The notes under the pieces are model-generated. The model had not been told where the DNA came from. It was given only the letters and a program-made list of their open reading frames with translations, and did not search any database. A DNA stretch of 55,548 bases, taken from IMG/VR virus record IMGVR_UViG_3300032278_000008, positions 1-55,548 of that record; one strand, 5' to 3'. This stretch comes from a virus (taxonomy: Duplodnaviria; Caudoviricetes). Below are positions 17,359-26,900 of the stretch, one piece after another. The stretch's first letter is position 1, and each line of letters starts with the position of its first letter. A program made the position numbers and the translations under genes.

Positions 17359-19148
17359 TATTTTTTCTCCTTATTTTTCACTTCAATTATTAGATTATTG
17401 TCTGGAAGATATAGATACTCAATATCACTTTCTGAGAGTGTCCTAACAGCATCATCAATTGATTCTACTAATGGTTCACCACCAAGATTAAAAGAAGTAT
17501 TAAAAAGAACTGGTACTCCAGTTTGTTCATAAAATTTTCGTATCATTTCATAGAATATTGGATTCTGATGTTCTTTGACTGTCTGAATCCGACAAGTTCC
17601 ATCTATGTGAATAATAGCAGGAATTTGTTCTGCATATTCATCTTTTGAACAATACATCGCATACATCATATGTGGAGATTCTTCCAATCCTCTCATATCA
17701 AACCATTCGTGTGCGTGTTCGTGAAGAATTGACCCAGCGAACGGTCGGAAATATTCTCTATGCTTTACGTTGTTTACATAGTCTTTCCCTTCTACCGTTC
17801 GTGGGTCATATAGGATAGAACGATTGCCCAAAGCCCTTGGGCCATTCTCACTGTTACCTTGAAATAGTGTAACAATGTTCCCCTTCAAAATTAAGTTAAC
17901 TGCATCTTCTGGATATTGTGCATCAAATACACCAGTCGCTTTATATTTTTTTGCGATATCTGTAATCTCTTCTGTAGACCTGCCTTGTCTCGGACCGTGA
18001 AATAGAGACTCGCCATACTCACGTACTTTTGAGTCTTTAGTTAGTGCGTAGTGACAAAGCAGTGCGGCGCCCATTGCGGTACCAGCATCATTAGAAACTG
18101 GCTCAACAAATAGATTTATGCCTTCGTCTTTTAGTTGTCCAAGATACCAATAGTTAGCGACACAATTGAGAGCATAACCGCCAGAAAGAACGACATTCTT
18201 ATTGCCAGACATTTTGACTGCTTTGCGTATCAAATCAAGGACCATTTGCTGTGATTCAGTCTGAACTAGATATGCCATATCTCTACGATTCTGGAGTCTA
18301 GTTACGTCTCCCTTAGATTCTTTTTCCGTGGTCTTTAACTCATCATAACGAAATTGATTGACAACAGACCCATTAGGGTATGTTGGAATAATAACATTTC
18401 TGTCTGTAGTTTTCCAATCGCCACCATTTCCATCAGTGTAAATCGATGGTATCTTATCGTTTGGTTTACCATATGGAAATAATCCCATAGTCTTACCCGC
18501 TTCAATAGGCTCCCATCCACAATATTGAGTCACGGCTTCGTATGCTTTCACAATACCAGCCGAATCATCAAGTATCAATTCGTGTTCGCCCTCTTCTCCT
18601 TCACGTTCTGAGCCCATAATTTGTTTCATTGCGGGCCAAGGTCCTCTACCACCTTGATGTTTGTAGAGTGTTTTGAAGTTATCTGGATATGAACAATCTA
18701 AAATAGTCTCAAGTTCCCAAGTCATTATTTTTTCGCCGTTAACATTCATATCAATAAATGTGCCAGCGCCGTCAACAATGACTGCCACGGCAGTCTCAAA
18801 TCCAGAACGATAGAAGGCACACCCGGCGTGCATCTTATGATGCCATCGGTGCATATCTAATACTTGTTTACTAGGGTCGTCAATCAAACGAAGTTTTCTG
18901 GCTAGACTTGGATAAACATTTTCACCACTAAAGTCTACTCGACTTTCATCTGATTGTGTATGTGCGATTACTAGATAATCCAACTTATCTGTATACTCAA
19001 GAATCTTGACCATAGAAGCATAAGGCCCACCGTCATATTTTTTTCTTGTAAGTCGCTCTTCTTCAACAATAAAAACAATTTCACCATCTTTTAGTAAACA
19101 AACACCAGCGTTGTGGCCTCTGGCTATACCTGCAATCCACTGACTCAT
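17358..19148 (-). CDS. Carbamoyltransferase, NodU/CmcH family (copy A)
   Basis: GHNAG, EEERLTRKK, HHKMH, VDGAG, GKTMGL, GPRALGNRSIL, NTSFNLGGEPLVE. Confidence 0.93.
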   Translation of the reverse strand: MSQWIAGIARGHNAGVCLLKDGEIVFIVEEERLTRKKYDGGPYASMVKILEYTDKLDYLVIAHTQSDESRVDFSGENVYPSLARKLRLIDDPSKQVLDMHRWHHKMHAGCAFYRSGFETAVAVIVDGAGTFIDMNVNGEKIMTWELETILDCSYPDNFKTLYKHQGGRGPWPAMKQIMGSEREGEEGEHELILDDSAGIVKAYEAVTQYCGWEPIEAGKTMGLFPYGKPNDKIPSIYTDGNGGDWKTTDRNVIIPTYPNGSVVNQFRYDELKTTEKESKGDVTRLQNRRDMAYLVQTESQQMVLDLIRKAVKMSGNKNVVLSGGYALNCVANYWYLGQLKDEGINLFVEPVSNDAGTAMGAALLCHYALTKDSKVREYGESLFHGPRQGRSTEEITDIAKKYKATGVFDAQYPEDAVNLILKGNIVTLFQGNSENGPRALGNRSILYDPRTVEGKDYVNNVKHREYFRPFAGSILHEHAHEWFDMRGLEESPHMMYAMYCSKDEYAEQIPAIIHIDGTCRIQTVKEHQNPIFYEMIRKFYEQTGVPVLFNTSFNLGGEPLVESIDDAVRTLSESDIEYLYLPDNNLIIEVKNKEKK

Positions 19149-19151
19149 AAT

Positions 19152-20249
19152 TTATCCATCCTCTAGTAAATTCTTTGTGCTGAAATCAGGCGTTTTTGGT
19201 TCTATCTTTGGTACATCTGGTTGTTCACCGACTGCTTGACTGGGTGTGCTAGGTGGAACACCACAACCCCCACTTGGTTGCGTTGGAATAAACGTGCCTT
19301 TAAACGGTCCGCCATCGCCTAAATATCCTATACAAGAATCAACAACTCTTTGTTCCTGAGACTCATCTAACATCATCACCTCATCATTCTGTCTATCTTT
19401 CTCGTCATCAAACGAAACTCTAATAGGTGAATAAGTTCTTCCCTTCTCTTCTCCCATATCAAGAATATCAAAATTATCATCATCGAGATAAGTGATATTA
19501 ATTGGTATGGTAGAACCAATAACGACTGTCGCCGTTTTGCCTAATGCTTTAGCCATATGTTGTCCGATAGAATCGCATCCCAAGAAATGGTCTGCTGAAT
19601 TAATCATTGACGCCCATAATCGTAAATTGGGTTCTTTAGGAACTGCTACTGGGTGGTCTTTCATTTCTGGAAGAGGGAGGGGAAATTCTGTCATTACTAT
19701 AACAGCATATTCTTTTCGGAGTTTCTGAATAATACTAATTATATTCTGAACTTCAAAAGAGCGAGAAGTACCATCAATCAAATATTGGCCCATCATTTGA
19801 ACTGAACGTCCAAAGGGCTGAATTATAATTGCTTTTTCTTTTCTGACACCCGCTTTAATTTCCTGGACAGTCTGATATCCAGTAATCTTTTCCATCTTAT
19901 TGAGTTTAATAGACGGATGGGATAACTCTCTTGCAGTCTCAAGACTATTGATTTCGATATCAAATGCTTGAGCCATACTACATTGTTGGTTGAAATATTC
20001 GTTGATACGATATGGTTCGGGGGTAACCAAATCTTTGTCTTTAAGATGTTCATCAAAAAGACCTTTGTGCCACACTTCGTAAGCGTGTTTTTGGAGAACT
20101 GGGTGTCCTCTATAGAAATCCATACCTGCTTCGCAGACTATAATAAAATCAGCATCACCTGAATCTTCGGCATATCGCTCAAAAGCAGGAATTGAGCATA
20201 GTACCCTACCAGCACCACCATTAATAAAGAAAGCCTTTGACCGACTCAT
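19152..20249 (-). CDS. Glycosyltransferase family 9-like (heptosyltransferase-like)
   Basis: N-terminal GGAGRVLCSIPA (cf. GxGDxl..p), IIIQPFG, and ADHFLGCDSIGQHMAKALGKTATVVIG (GT9 D-S-G-x-x-H-x-A-x-A-L-G motif); clustered with hldD and hldE. Confidence 0.7.
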   Translation of the reverse strand: MSRSKAFFINGGAGRVLCSIPAFERYAEDSGDADFIIVCEAGMDFYRGHPVLQKHAYEVWHKGLFDEHLKDKDLVTPEPYRINEYFNQQCSMAQAFDIEINSLETARELSHPSIKLNKMEKITGYQTVQEIKAGVRKEKAIIIQPFGRSVQMMGQYLIDGTSRSFEVQNIISIIQKLRKEYAVIVMTEFPLPLPEMKDHPVAVPKEPNLRLWASMINSADHFLGCDSIGQHMAKALGKTATVVIGSTIPINITYLDDDNFDILDMGEEKGRTYSPIRVSFDDEKDRQNDEVMMLDESQEQRVVDSCIGYLGDGGPFKGTFIPTQPSGGCGVPPSTPSQAVGEQPDVPKIEPKTPDFSTKNLLEDG

Positions 20250-20288
20250 CACATCACCTCACTTTGTTTAATACTTAAAATTACGACT

Positions 20289-20317
20289 ATTATAACATAA
20301 TCAGTACATCTTGTCAA
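20289..20317 (-). promoter_or_regulatory. Consensus sigma70 promoter (TTGACA-17 nt-TATAAT, with TGn extended -10)
   Basis: Minus strand reads TTGACA agatgtactgattatgt TATAAT, about 40 nt upstream of the GT9-like gene. Confidence 0.85.
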
Positions 20318-20318
20318 G

Positions 20319-20326
20319 TATTTATA
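20319..20326 (-). promoter_or_regulatory. T4-type late promoter TATAAATA
   Basis: Exact consensus 1 nt upstream of the sigma70 -35 box. Confidence 0.7.
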
Positions 20327-20330
20327 TCAT

Positions 20331-20356
20331 AAAAAAAGCCCTCTTTCGAGGGCTTT
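20331..20356 (-). terminator. Rho-independent terminator
   Basis: Minus strand AAAGCCCTC-GAAA-GAGGGCTTT with a 7-T run, downstream of the chaperone gene. Confidence 0.9.
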
Positions 20357-20386
20357 GAAACTCTAAAATAAGTTGGTTTTTATAAA

Positions 20387-21160
20387 TTACTCATCAATAC
20401 CGGCAATTGGCGTTAATTGTGCTATTGCCGCGTTGTCTTTGGCCGTTCTTTTTGCGACCAATATTACTTCGTGGTCAGGTGACTCATTACGAACATATGG
20501 GTCATCATACTCTCCGTCTGGGTCAGTCGGCCATCTAATTAAATGATTTGGAACTGCGGCCCAGTCTTGAGGAATATCTCGTAATTTCTGACGATATGTT
20601 TCCCATTTCGCTTTAACTTCTTCAGGCATATCTTCAGCGATACGTCCATCAGACTGCTTCAATTTAGCATCTCTGTCTACCCGAACGGCGACATCTGAAC
20701 GTCTACGAAAATCGTTTTCTGGATTTTCGTTATCAGTATTAATACCACTCTTCATTTTGATAGGTGCAGTATAATCCTCTAGAATAGCATTTTCAGAGAA
20801 AATCATTCGAGGGTCAGTCGGGTCTACTATAACAACATTGTCATCTTCAGCAGGACCAACTCTAACTTCATATAGTTTTCTCTCAGCAAATCCACCGAAA
20901 AGAAGTCCGATTTTAATCATATTCTCGTCCGAATCTGCTTTAATCTCTTTAACTTCGCAATTTAAAGGAACAGGACGTTCTGTATAGTCGTCTTTGTCCC
21001 AAGTCTGGTCGATAACTTTTGACTCCTTATCAATCCATAGGATTAGAGTTGATGGGCCATCATAACTTTGCGTAGACGTTTTACCCAACGCAGTAGTTGG
21101 CGTAGCCTGTTCAAACTCATCAGGTAAGTCGTAAGTTACGATTTTTTTAACGTGTGCCAT
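20387..21160 (-). CDS. Tail fibre assembly chaperone-like protein (copy 2)
   Basis: C-terminal RVDRDAKLKQSD...WETYRQKLRDIPQ...WP motif of phage tail assembly chaperones. Confidence 0.7.
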   Translation of the reverse strand: MAHVKKIVTYDLPDEFEQATPTTALGKTSTQSYDGPSTLILWIDKESKVIDQTWDKDDYTERPVPLNCEVKEIKADSDENMIKIGLLFGGFAERKLYEVRVGPAEDDNVVIVDPTDPRMIFSENAILEDYTAPIKMKSGINTDNENPENDFRRRSDVAVRVDRDAKLKQSDGRIAEDMPEEVKAKWETYRQKLRDIPQDWAAVPNHLIRWPTDPDGEYDDPYVRNESPDHEVILVAKRTAKDNAAIAQLTPIAGIDE

Positions 21161-21181
21161 TTTTTAAACTCTCCTAATTAA

Positions 21182-22156
21182 TTATTGATATGTCACTTTG
21201 ACTAATCCACCGGCACCAAAACCACCGACACAAGCAGTGCCTGCGGCGTTTCCGTCACCTACTCCGCCTCCACCAGGGAAGACTGAGTGACCAGCACAAC
21301 AAGCCATATCGCCTGCACAATAATGATTCGCTGAACCACTCCAAGGGGCTGTGAATGGGCCTGAAGGACTGCCAGTACCGTTCTGAATTTCGTTACAACA
21401 ACTGTAGCCTTTGTGCATACCGCCGTTAATACCTCTGAAACACATATCTCCACCGTAAGTTGCTTCGTTACAGTTATGTGATACCCAACCTGCGTTGTAG
21501 TTACCTCTATCACACTGGAGTCCACCAATATGACAGTTATAACAAGAAGATTGAACATCCCAAGATGTTGAACCACCGTGTCCGCCTTGTGAGCAGAAAT
21601 TCGATAATCCAGGTCCGTTTACATAAGATACACAACCGTGTCTACACGCTCTGTTACAAGTTGTGCAACAAGAACATTGTGAAGTACCGCCGGCACATAA
21701 TGTATACGCTGATTCTGTGCCTGAGCCGGAACTAAATTGTCCTGACGCCTCACAAATCGTTTTTTCGTTATAATTCCCACCAGCTCCACCGTGTCCGATA
21801 TCAAAATCGTGTCCAGCAGAACCACCTGGTCCGCCACCAGATAGAATCTCAAACGTAATTATTTGAGTACCTGTTGGAACAGTCCAATGTAAGCAACACC
21901 CGCCATTAGTCACTGACCAATGATTTGTATTGTAAATGTAAAAATGTTTTTGAGGGGCAGACGATACTCCAGAATCAATCATTGCTTGAATGGCCGCCGT
22001 GCCTGTCGCAACTGCGGCATCTATTGTAGTTTCTGCTCCGTCTTGAAAATTGTGTACGCTCTGAATCTCTTCATAAACGTGATTTGCCATTAACTCTAAC
22101 GCTTGGTCAGTGTTTTTGGCCATTTGGTTCATTTTACCAAGTGTTAAAATATCCAT
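21182..22156 (-). CDS. Cys/Gly-rich fibre-tip or adhesin-like protein (copy 2)
   Basis: WTVPTG..ITFEILSGGGPGG ... GAGGLVKVTY Gly-rich domain; about 22 Cys; paralog of 22927..23838. Confidence 0.6.
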   Translation of the reverse strand: MDILTLGKMNQMAKNTDQALELMANHVYEEIQSVHNFQDGAETTIDAAVATGTAAIQAMIDSGVSSAPQKHFYIYNTNHWSVTNGGCCLHWTVPTGTQIITFEILSGGGPGGSAGHDFDIGHGGAGGNYNEKTICEASGQFSSGSGTESAYTLCAGGTSQCSCCTTCNRACRHGCVSYVNGPGLSNFCSQGGHGGSTSWDVQSSCYNCHIGGLQCDRGNYNAGWVSHNCNEATYGGDMCFRGINGGMHKGYSCCNEIQNGTGSPSGPFTAPWSGSANHYCAGDMACCAGHSVFPGGGGVGDGNAAGTACVGGFGAGGLVKVTYQ

Positions 22157-22890
22157 TAGTTGTTCTCCTCTGCGGCTTGCCTTGCCTTGTTTTCAGTATC
22201 TTCGGGAGAATCAGGATGTGGAACTGTATGTGGTTCTTTACCATCATACTTTTGTGGTAAATCCCTTAATTCCTGTCGATATGCTTCCCAGGCATCGTAT
22301 TCTTCGCCTTCGGGTAGCAATTTTTTCATATCTGTATCTTCAAGAAGTTTGTTCCTTACCGCACGAACATTTTCCCAAGAGTTCCAAGTTTCAAGTAACA
22401 CTAAGTCCCATTTCTTTGTCTTAGAATTCCACGTAGTTTCGTTTTTATTCCATATATGGTCGGGCGGAATCTTATCGTCTGCAGGTCGCTCGTAATAAAC
22501 AGTACCATCAGCAAGTTTCTCTTGAACTTGAGGTAATTTATCATAAGAACCTCTGTCATCTCCTACAGTGTGTGGGTCAGTCCAAATCGAACAAATGTGA
22601 GCATCTTTAGTACAGTCGATTTTGACACGAATTGCATCTAGAGGAACAGGAAGTGCCTCAATTGCTATCGTCATATCATCGTCAGTACCTTCGATATTAC
22701 CATCATCGTGATAATTTGTTTTGATTGGTTCGGAAGTCCATTTCCCTTTTCTGTCACCATCTTTATGTACATCAACCCAGATTGTGTCAGGCCCGAGATA
22801 AGACAACGTAGCAGTTCTGCCGGCAGCCGTACTCTGGGATAGATACTTATCCGGCACTGGGTACGTCATTTCAATATTCAGTTTAGCCAT
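22156..22890 (-). CDS. Tail fibre assembly chaperone-like protein (copy 1)
   Basis: VRAVRNKLLEDTD...WEAYRQELRDLPQ; N-terminus TYPVPD parallels TYDLPD of copy 2. Confidence 0.7.
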   Translation of the reverse strand: MAKLNIEMTYPVPDKYLSQSTAAGRTATLSYLGPDTIWVDVHKDGDRKGKWTSEPIKTNYHDDGNIEGTDDDMTIAIEALPVPLDAIRVKIDCTKDAHICSIWTDPHTVGDDRGSYDKLPQVQEKLADGTVYYERPADDKIPPDHIWNKNETTWNSKTKKWDLVLLETWNSWENVRAVRNKLLEDTDMKKLLPEGEEYDAWEAYRQELRDLPQKYDGKEPHTVPHPDSPEDTENKARQAAEENN

Positions 22891-22926
22891 TTTTAATATA
22901 TCTCCTAATTAACTTTTAATTATGCC

Positions 22927-23838
22927 TTATTTCCAATACGTGACAACTACTGCACCGCCGCCACCTGCTTTACCACAGCAACAACCACCGTGCGTAACTG
23001 CACCGTGTGAGGCTGCGCCAGGGGAGATGGGACCGCCACCGGTGTGCATATCGTTAGTACAACCACCGTGTGAGCCTGCATCACCAGTTCCTAATGGGCC
23101 TGGTGCTCCTGGGGCAATTGAGAACATAGAAGAAGCACAATGTTGAGATGATTTTCTCCAACCACTTCTGCCTGCTGTTCCATAATCTGCTCCGTAAAAT
23201 GCCGCACAACCAAAACAAGTCTGACAACAAGTGTAACAGTTCCAGTTTTGACAGTGATGTTCACCTGTATGTCCACCTAATGCACAAAAGTTTGATAAGC
23301 CTGTGCCAGTAACATAAGAGGTATGTCCTCTCTGACCGTGACTACTTGCCCAACAACATCCTGTGCCGCCGGCACATAGTGCATAAACAGTAGAACCTGC
23401 TGTAAAATCTCCATCTTCTTCGTTTAGATGCTTTACAGCATATGCACCAGAACCACCAGGAAGAGGGTTCACCATACAGCAACAAGCCCCATAACCAGAG
23501 CCACCGCCACCGTAGATTTCAAATTTAATTCCTTTTGTATCTGCTGGTACAGTCCAAGAACATTGCCATCCGTTGTAATTGACTGATTCACACCCTGTTT
23601 GACCATTGTGATGACAACCAATATAGAGTGCGTGTTGTGGGCCAGAACCTCCACCGCCGCCAGCGGCGTTAAGAGCATCTACGCCTGCTGAAACAACTGC
23701 GTTGATACAGTTAATATTTCCTTCTTGAAAATCGCATACATCTTTGAGTGCAGTGAAAGTTGAGTTGGCTAGAAATTCTAAAGTCTGGTCGACATCTTTC
23801 GCCATTGCATTCATTTTGCCAAGTGTTAGAATATCCAT
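22927..23838 (-). CDS. Cys/Gly-rich fibre-tip or adhesin-like protein (copy 1)
   Basis: WTVPAD..IKFEIYGGGGSG, two CCC motifs, GGGGAVVVTY; about 23 Cys; shares MDILTLGKMN start with its paralog. Confidence 0.6.
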   Translation of the reverse strand: MDILTLGKMNAMAKDVDQTLEFLANSTFTALKDVCDFQEGNINCINAVVSAGVDALNAAGGGGGSGPQHALYIGCHHNGQTGCESVNYNGWQCSWTVPADTKGIKFEIYGGGGSGYGACCCMVNPLPGGSGAYAVKHLNEEDGDFTAGSTVYALCAGGTGCCWASSHGQRGHTSYVTGTGLSNFCALGGHTGEHHCQNWNCYTCCQTCFGCAAFYGADYGTAGRSGWRKSSQHCASSMFSIAPGAPGPLGTGDAGSHGGCTNDMHTGGGPISPGAASHGAVTHGGCCCGKAGGGGAVVVTYWK

Positions 23839-23879
23839 TTAATTCTTCTCCAATTTAGACTTTTTAATACTCATATCTC

Positions 23880-23902
23880 TATTTATATTAAATATATTTA
23901 TA
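23880..23902 (-). promoter_or_regulatory. Two tandem T4-type late promoter motifs
   Basis: TATAAATA at 23880-23887 and 23895-23902. Confidence 0.7.
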
Positions 23903-23919
23903 TAATTAATCATTGCTTA

Positions 23920-26900
23920 TTAAGCCTCCCAAACATCTTTGAGTGTAATAATGCCTCTCATATCTTCGAGGTTACCATCATATTTATTAGATGCGTATAG
24001 CAATGATGCGGGAGTACCCAAAGTCCAAGACATCGTTTTAAATGCCCATTCGTCATTCAGTGTGTGTCCATTTGGATTCTCGAATTGTATCATAATGCCA
24101 TTTTTAAAGTTCGTTCCAGCAGTATTATTGGCTGAGAATGGGGAAGCATCGTCATTTCCCTCAGGACCATATAGTGCTAAATCTGTATTAACATTGTTGA
24201 TTGATGCGCCAACAAGTGTTACTGGGCCTGCAACCATCACAAGAGGTGTTTTATATGCTGTACCAGGATTCGTTATTGTCACTTCTGAAATGTTGCCATT
24301 AAGTCCTAGTTCAACAGTACCTTCAGCACCATAGCCAGTTGGCTCTGGATGCTCATCGACAACCATAACTCTAGTAAAGCCATCTACATAATCTTGCCAA
24401 TCTTCAACAATCGTGGCTGCCCCGATACCGTTGTTAAGAACAACACTACCAACAAAGCCACCACCAACTGATTTAGAGGCTGTTCCAACCCATCCACCAA
24501 CATCAGAAACATTAATCATCGGCTCATCATAAGATTGACCTCTTGATGTTAAGACAATATCTGTAATTACATTATTGAGGTCTACTTGAAGAGTAGCACC
24601 TGCACCAGTATTTGCTGGGTCATTGATAACAAAATTAATATCGTGATAATTAGAACCACCGTTAACTACTTGTACGCCAGTAAACATCCCCATCGGGACT
24701 GCAGGCGTCCAAGTTTCAGAAGCGCCTTCACAAGCAACTTGGTCTGTATACTGAGTATCAGAACAATATTCTGCAACTGCTTCAGTCGTTAGTAATGGTT
24801 TCAAGATTGCTCCTGAACCAAATATTCTGTCAATCTCAGTTACTCCGTCAACATCATATACTGGAGTTCCAGTCGGGTCAACCGCAATAATCTGAGTTGT
24901 AGATGAATAACCAGCTCCTGCAGTGTTTATAGTAACATTTCCGATAGAACGATTAAGTACTGGATAAGCGTAAGCCCCTTCACCAGGACCAGATACATCA
25001 ACTATTCTAACAGAGTCGCCTGAAACATAACCTTGTCCAGGTCTATCAACTGCAATATTAATAACTTCATTACTACTGTTAACAGTAGCAAGTCCTCGAA
25101 CTCCACCACCAGTTTCTGAAATCATATCGACATATACAGTATTATCACGTACCCAAAGAGTCGCTTTAATAGTTGTATCATTGTCATCATAGAGGTCGTA
25201 CTTGTCTGTAATCTCAGTCGGCTTCGTTATAACATATGTGAACGTAGCATTCTGAGGAATATCACCAGAGTCAAACATTTCATCAGCGTGAGTAACAGTG
25301 TGTGCTTGAATGTCAAGATTTGTAAAAGTAACAGTGTCTCCAACATTAGCAGAGATAATTGATGGAACAAAAGCGTTGTTCTGAATATCAACCGCAACTG
25401 TTTTAGCAGTTGTGTCAGTATATCCAGTGCCTGCACCAGTTACTGAGAATCCAGCAATACCGCCAGACGCTAAGTCCATCGTAGCAGTTGCGGCTACAGT
25501 GGGTGAACCACCGTTAATAGCAACTGTATCTGCAGGAACATAGTCTGCTCCGCCTTCAGTAATAACTACATTTTCTACTTCACCGGTTACTGTTAATTTA
25601 ACATAACCATCTGCAAGACCACCAGTTGAGGTAGTGAATGCAAGAGTAATTAATGGATTAACTGTGTGAGTAGTAACAGCAAGAGGATGAGTATGAGCAC
25701 CTGATGTTTGAGTAAATATGAAAGAATTATTAAATTCATTCCACATTACAACTTGGTCGTGCGTGTGTCCAGCATCAACAGTAGTTGAAGTGACTTGACC
25801 ACCGGCCATAATAATATCAACTTCTGTTTGTGTTAATTGAATTGTATGAGTATGTCCGTCGCCACCAATCTCAGCGGCTACATCTACTTCCCAGTATCCA
25901 GTATAACCTGAACCTGCAGTAGCAACATCAACAGAGTTAACCATACCATCTTTAAGAGTATGAGTTGCAGTGGCTTTCGTTTCACTTGAGCCAGCAACAT
26001 CAACAGCACCTAAGTCAAAGGCTCGAACTGCTGTTGCTTTAGACCATTTAGTACCACCATTTGTAATTGTTACATCAGAAACACCGTCATCATAGACAGC
26101 ATTAAGAATAGCACCAGTGCCTTGTTTTCCGTTTGCATCAACTGTGTATGCGTAAGAATCAATAAATCCTGAGTCATCATTAATATAGACTCTGTAAATC
26201 AGTCCGTCAGATAACGCACCGTCATAAGATTCGCCTGCTATATTGTATTCGTAAGAACGTGAGAAGTCATCAAGGAGGGTTACTGCACTATCAACATACT
26301 CTTCGCATTTAACTGGAGTATCGTGTAGTCCGCCTGAAGAATCGACATCACTTGCATTAAGAGATGCAGGTACGCCCCATCCAACTACGCCACTTGTTGC
26401 ATCGTGACAATAAGATTGATTGGGTTTGAATAAAATTGTATCATAGTGTTGAGCATATTGTCCGCTAACACCGCCATTATAAAGTGTAGTACCATCTAAT
26501 TCTGTAATTTTTACAAAGTCACCAACATCAATTCCGCCCCACATCATCGCGGCATCTACGCCACGTCTGAGAATAATTTCCGGATTGTCTGTGTCGGGAA
26601 CAGAAGTGTTATTAAGAATAGTTAATTCAACTGCTGGGTCACCGTTTGCTTCGTGTCCGCTTCCTCTGAATGAGTGTACTCCACCACCAGAAGTATTCTT
26701 AAACATATCATATGCTTTAATTTTTGTAACTGAAGTCGAGCCCGTCACTGCTTCGTTTTCAAGTTTCAAATGTTGTACGAATGGGCGTGGCTCACCTTCA
26801 ATTTGCATTGTTTCGCCAAATGAAGCAATTGCTCCAGTTGATGCGTCATATGAAATGTGATGAGTAGTGTTGTCGCCCTCTTCAGCAAAAGTAATATTGC

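Noticed and set aside
13829-19148. Firm assignment as DNA-hypermodification enzymes
   Set aside because: No hydroxymethylase, TET/JBP, DNA methylase or replication genes in the window; kept only as an alternative hypothesis
12061-20249. Reading the sugar cluster as host LPS DNA (prophage boundary or chimeric contig)
   Set aside because: It is flanked on both sides by T4-like structural genes, carries a T4 late promoter motif and lacks other LPS core genes
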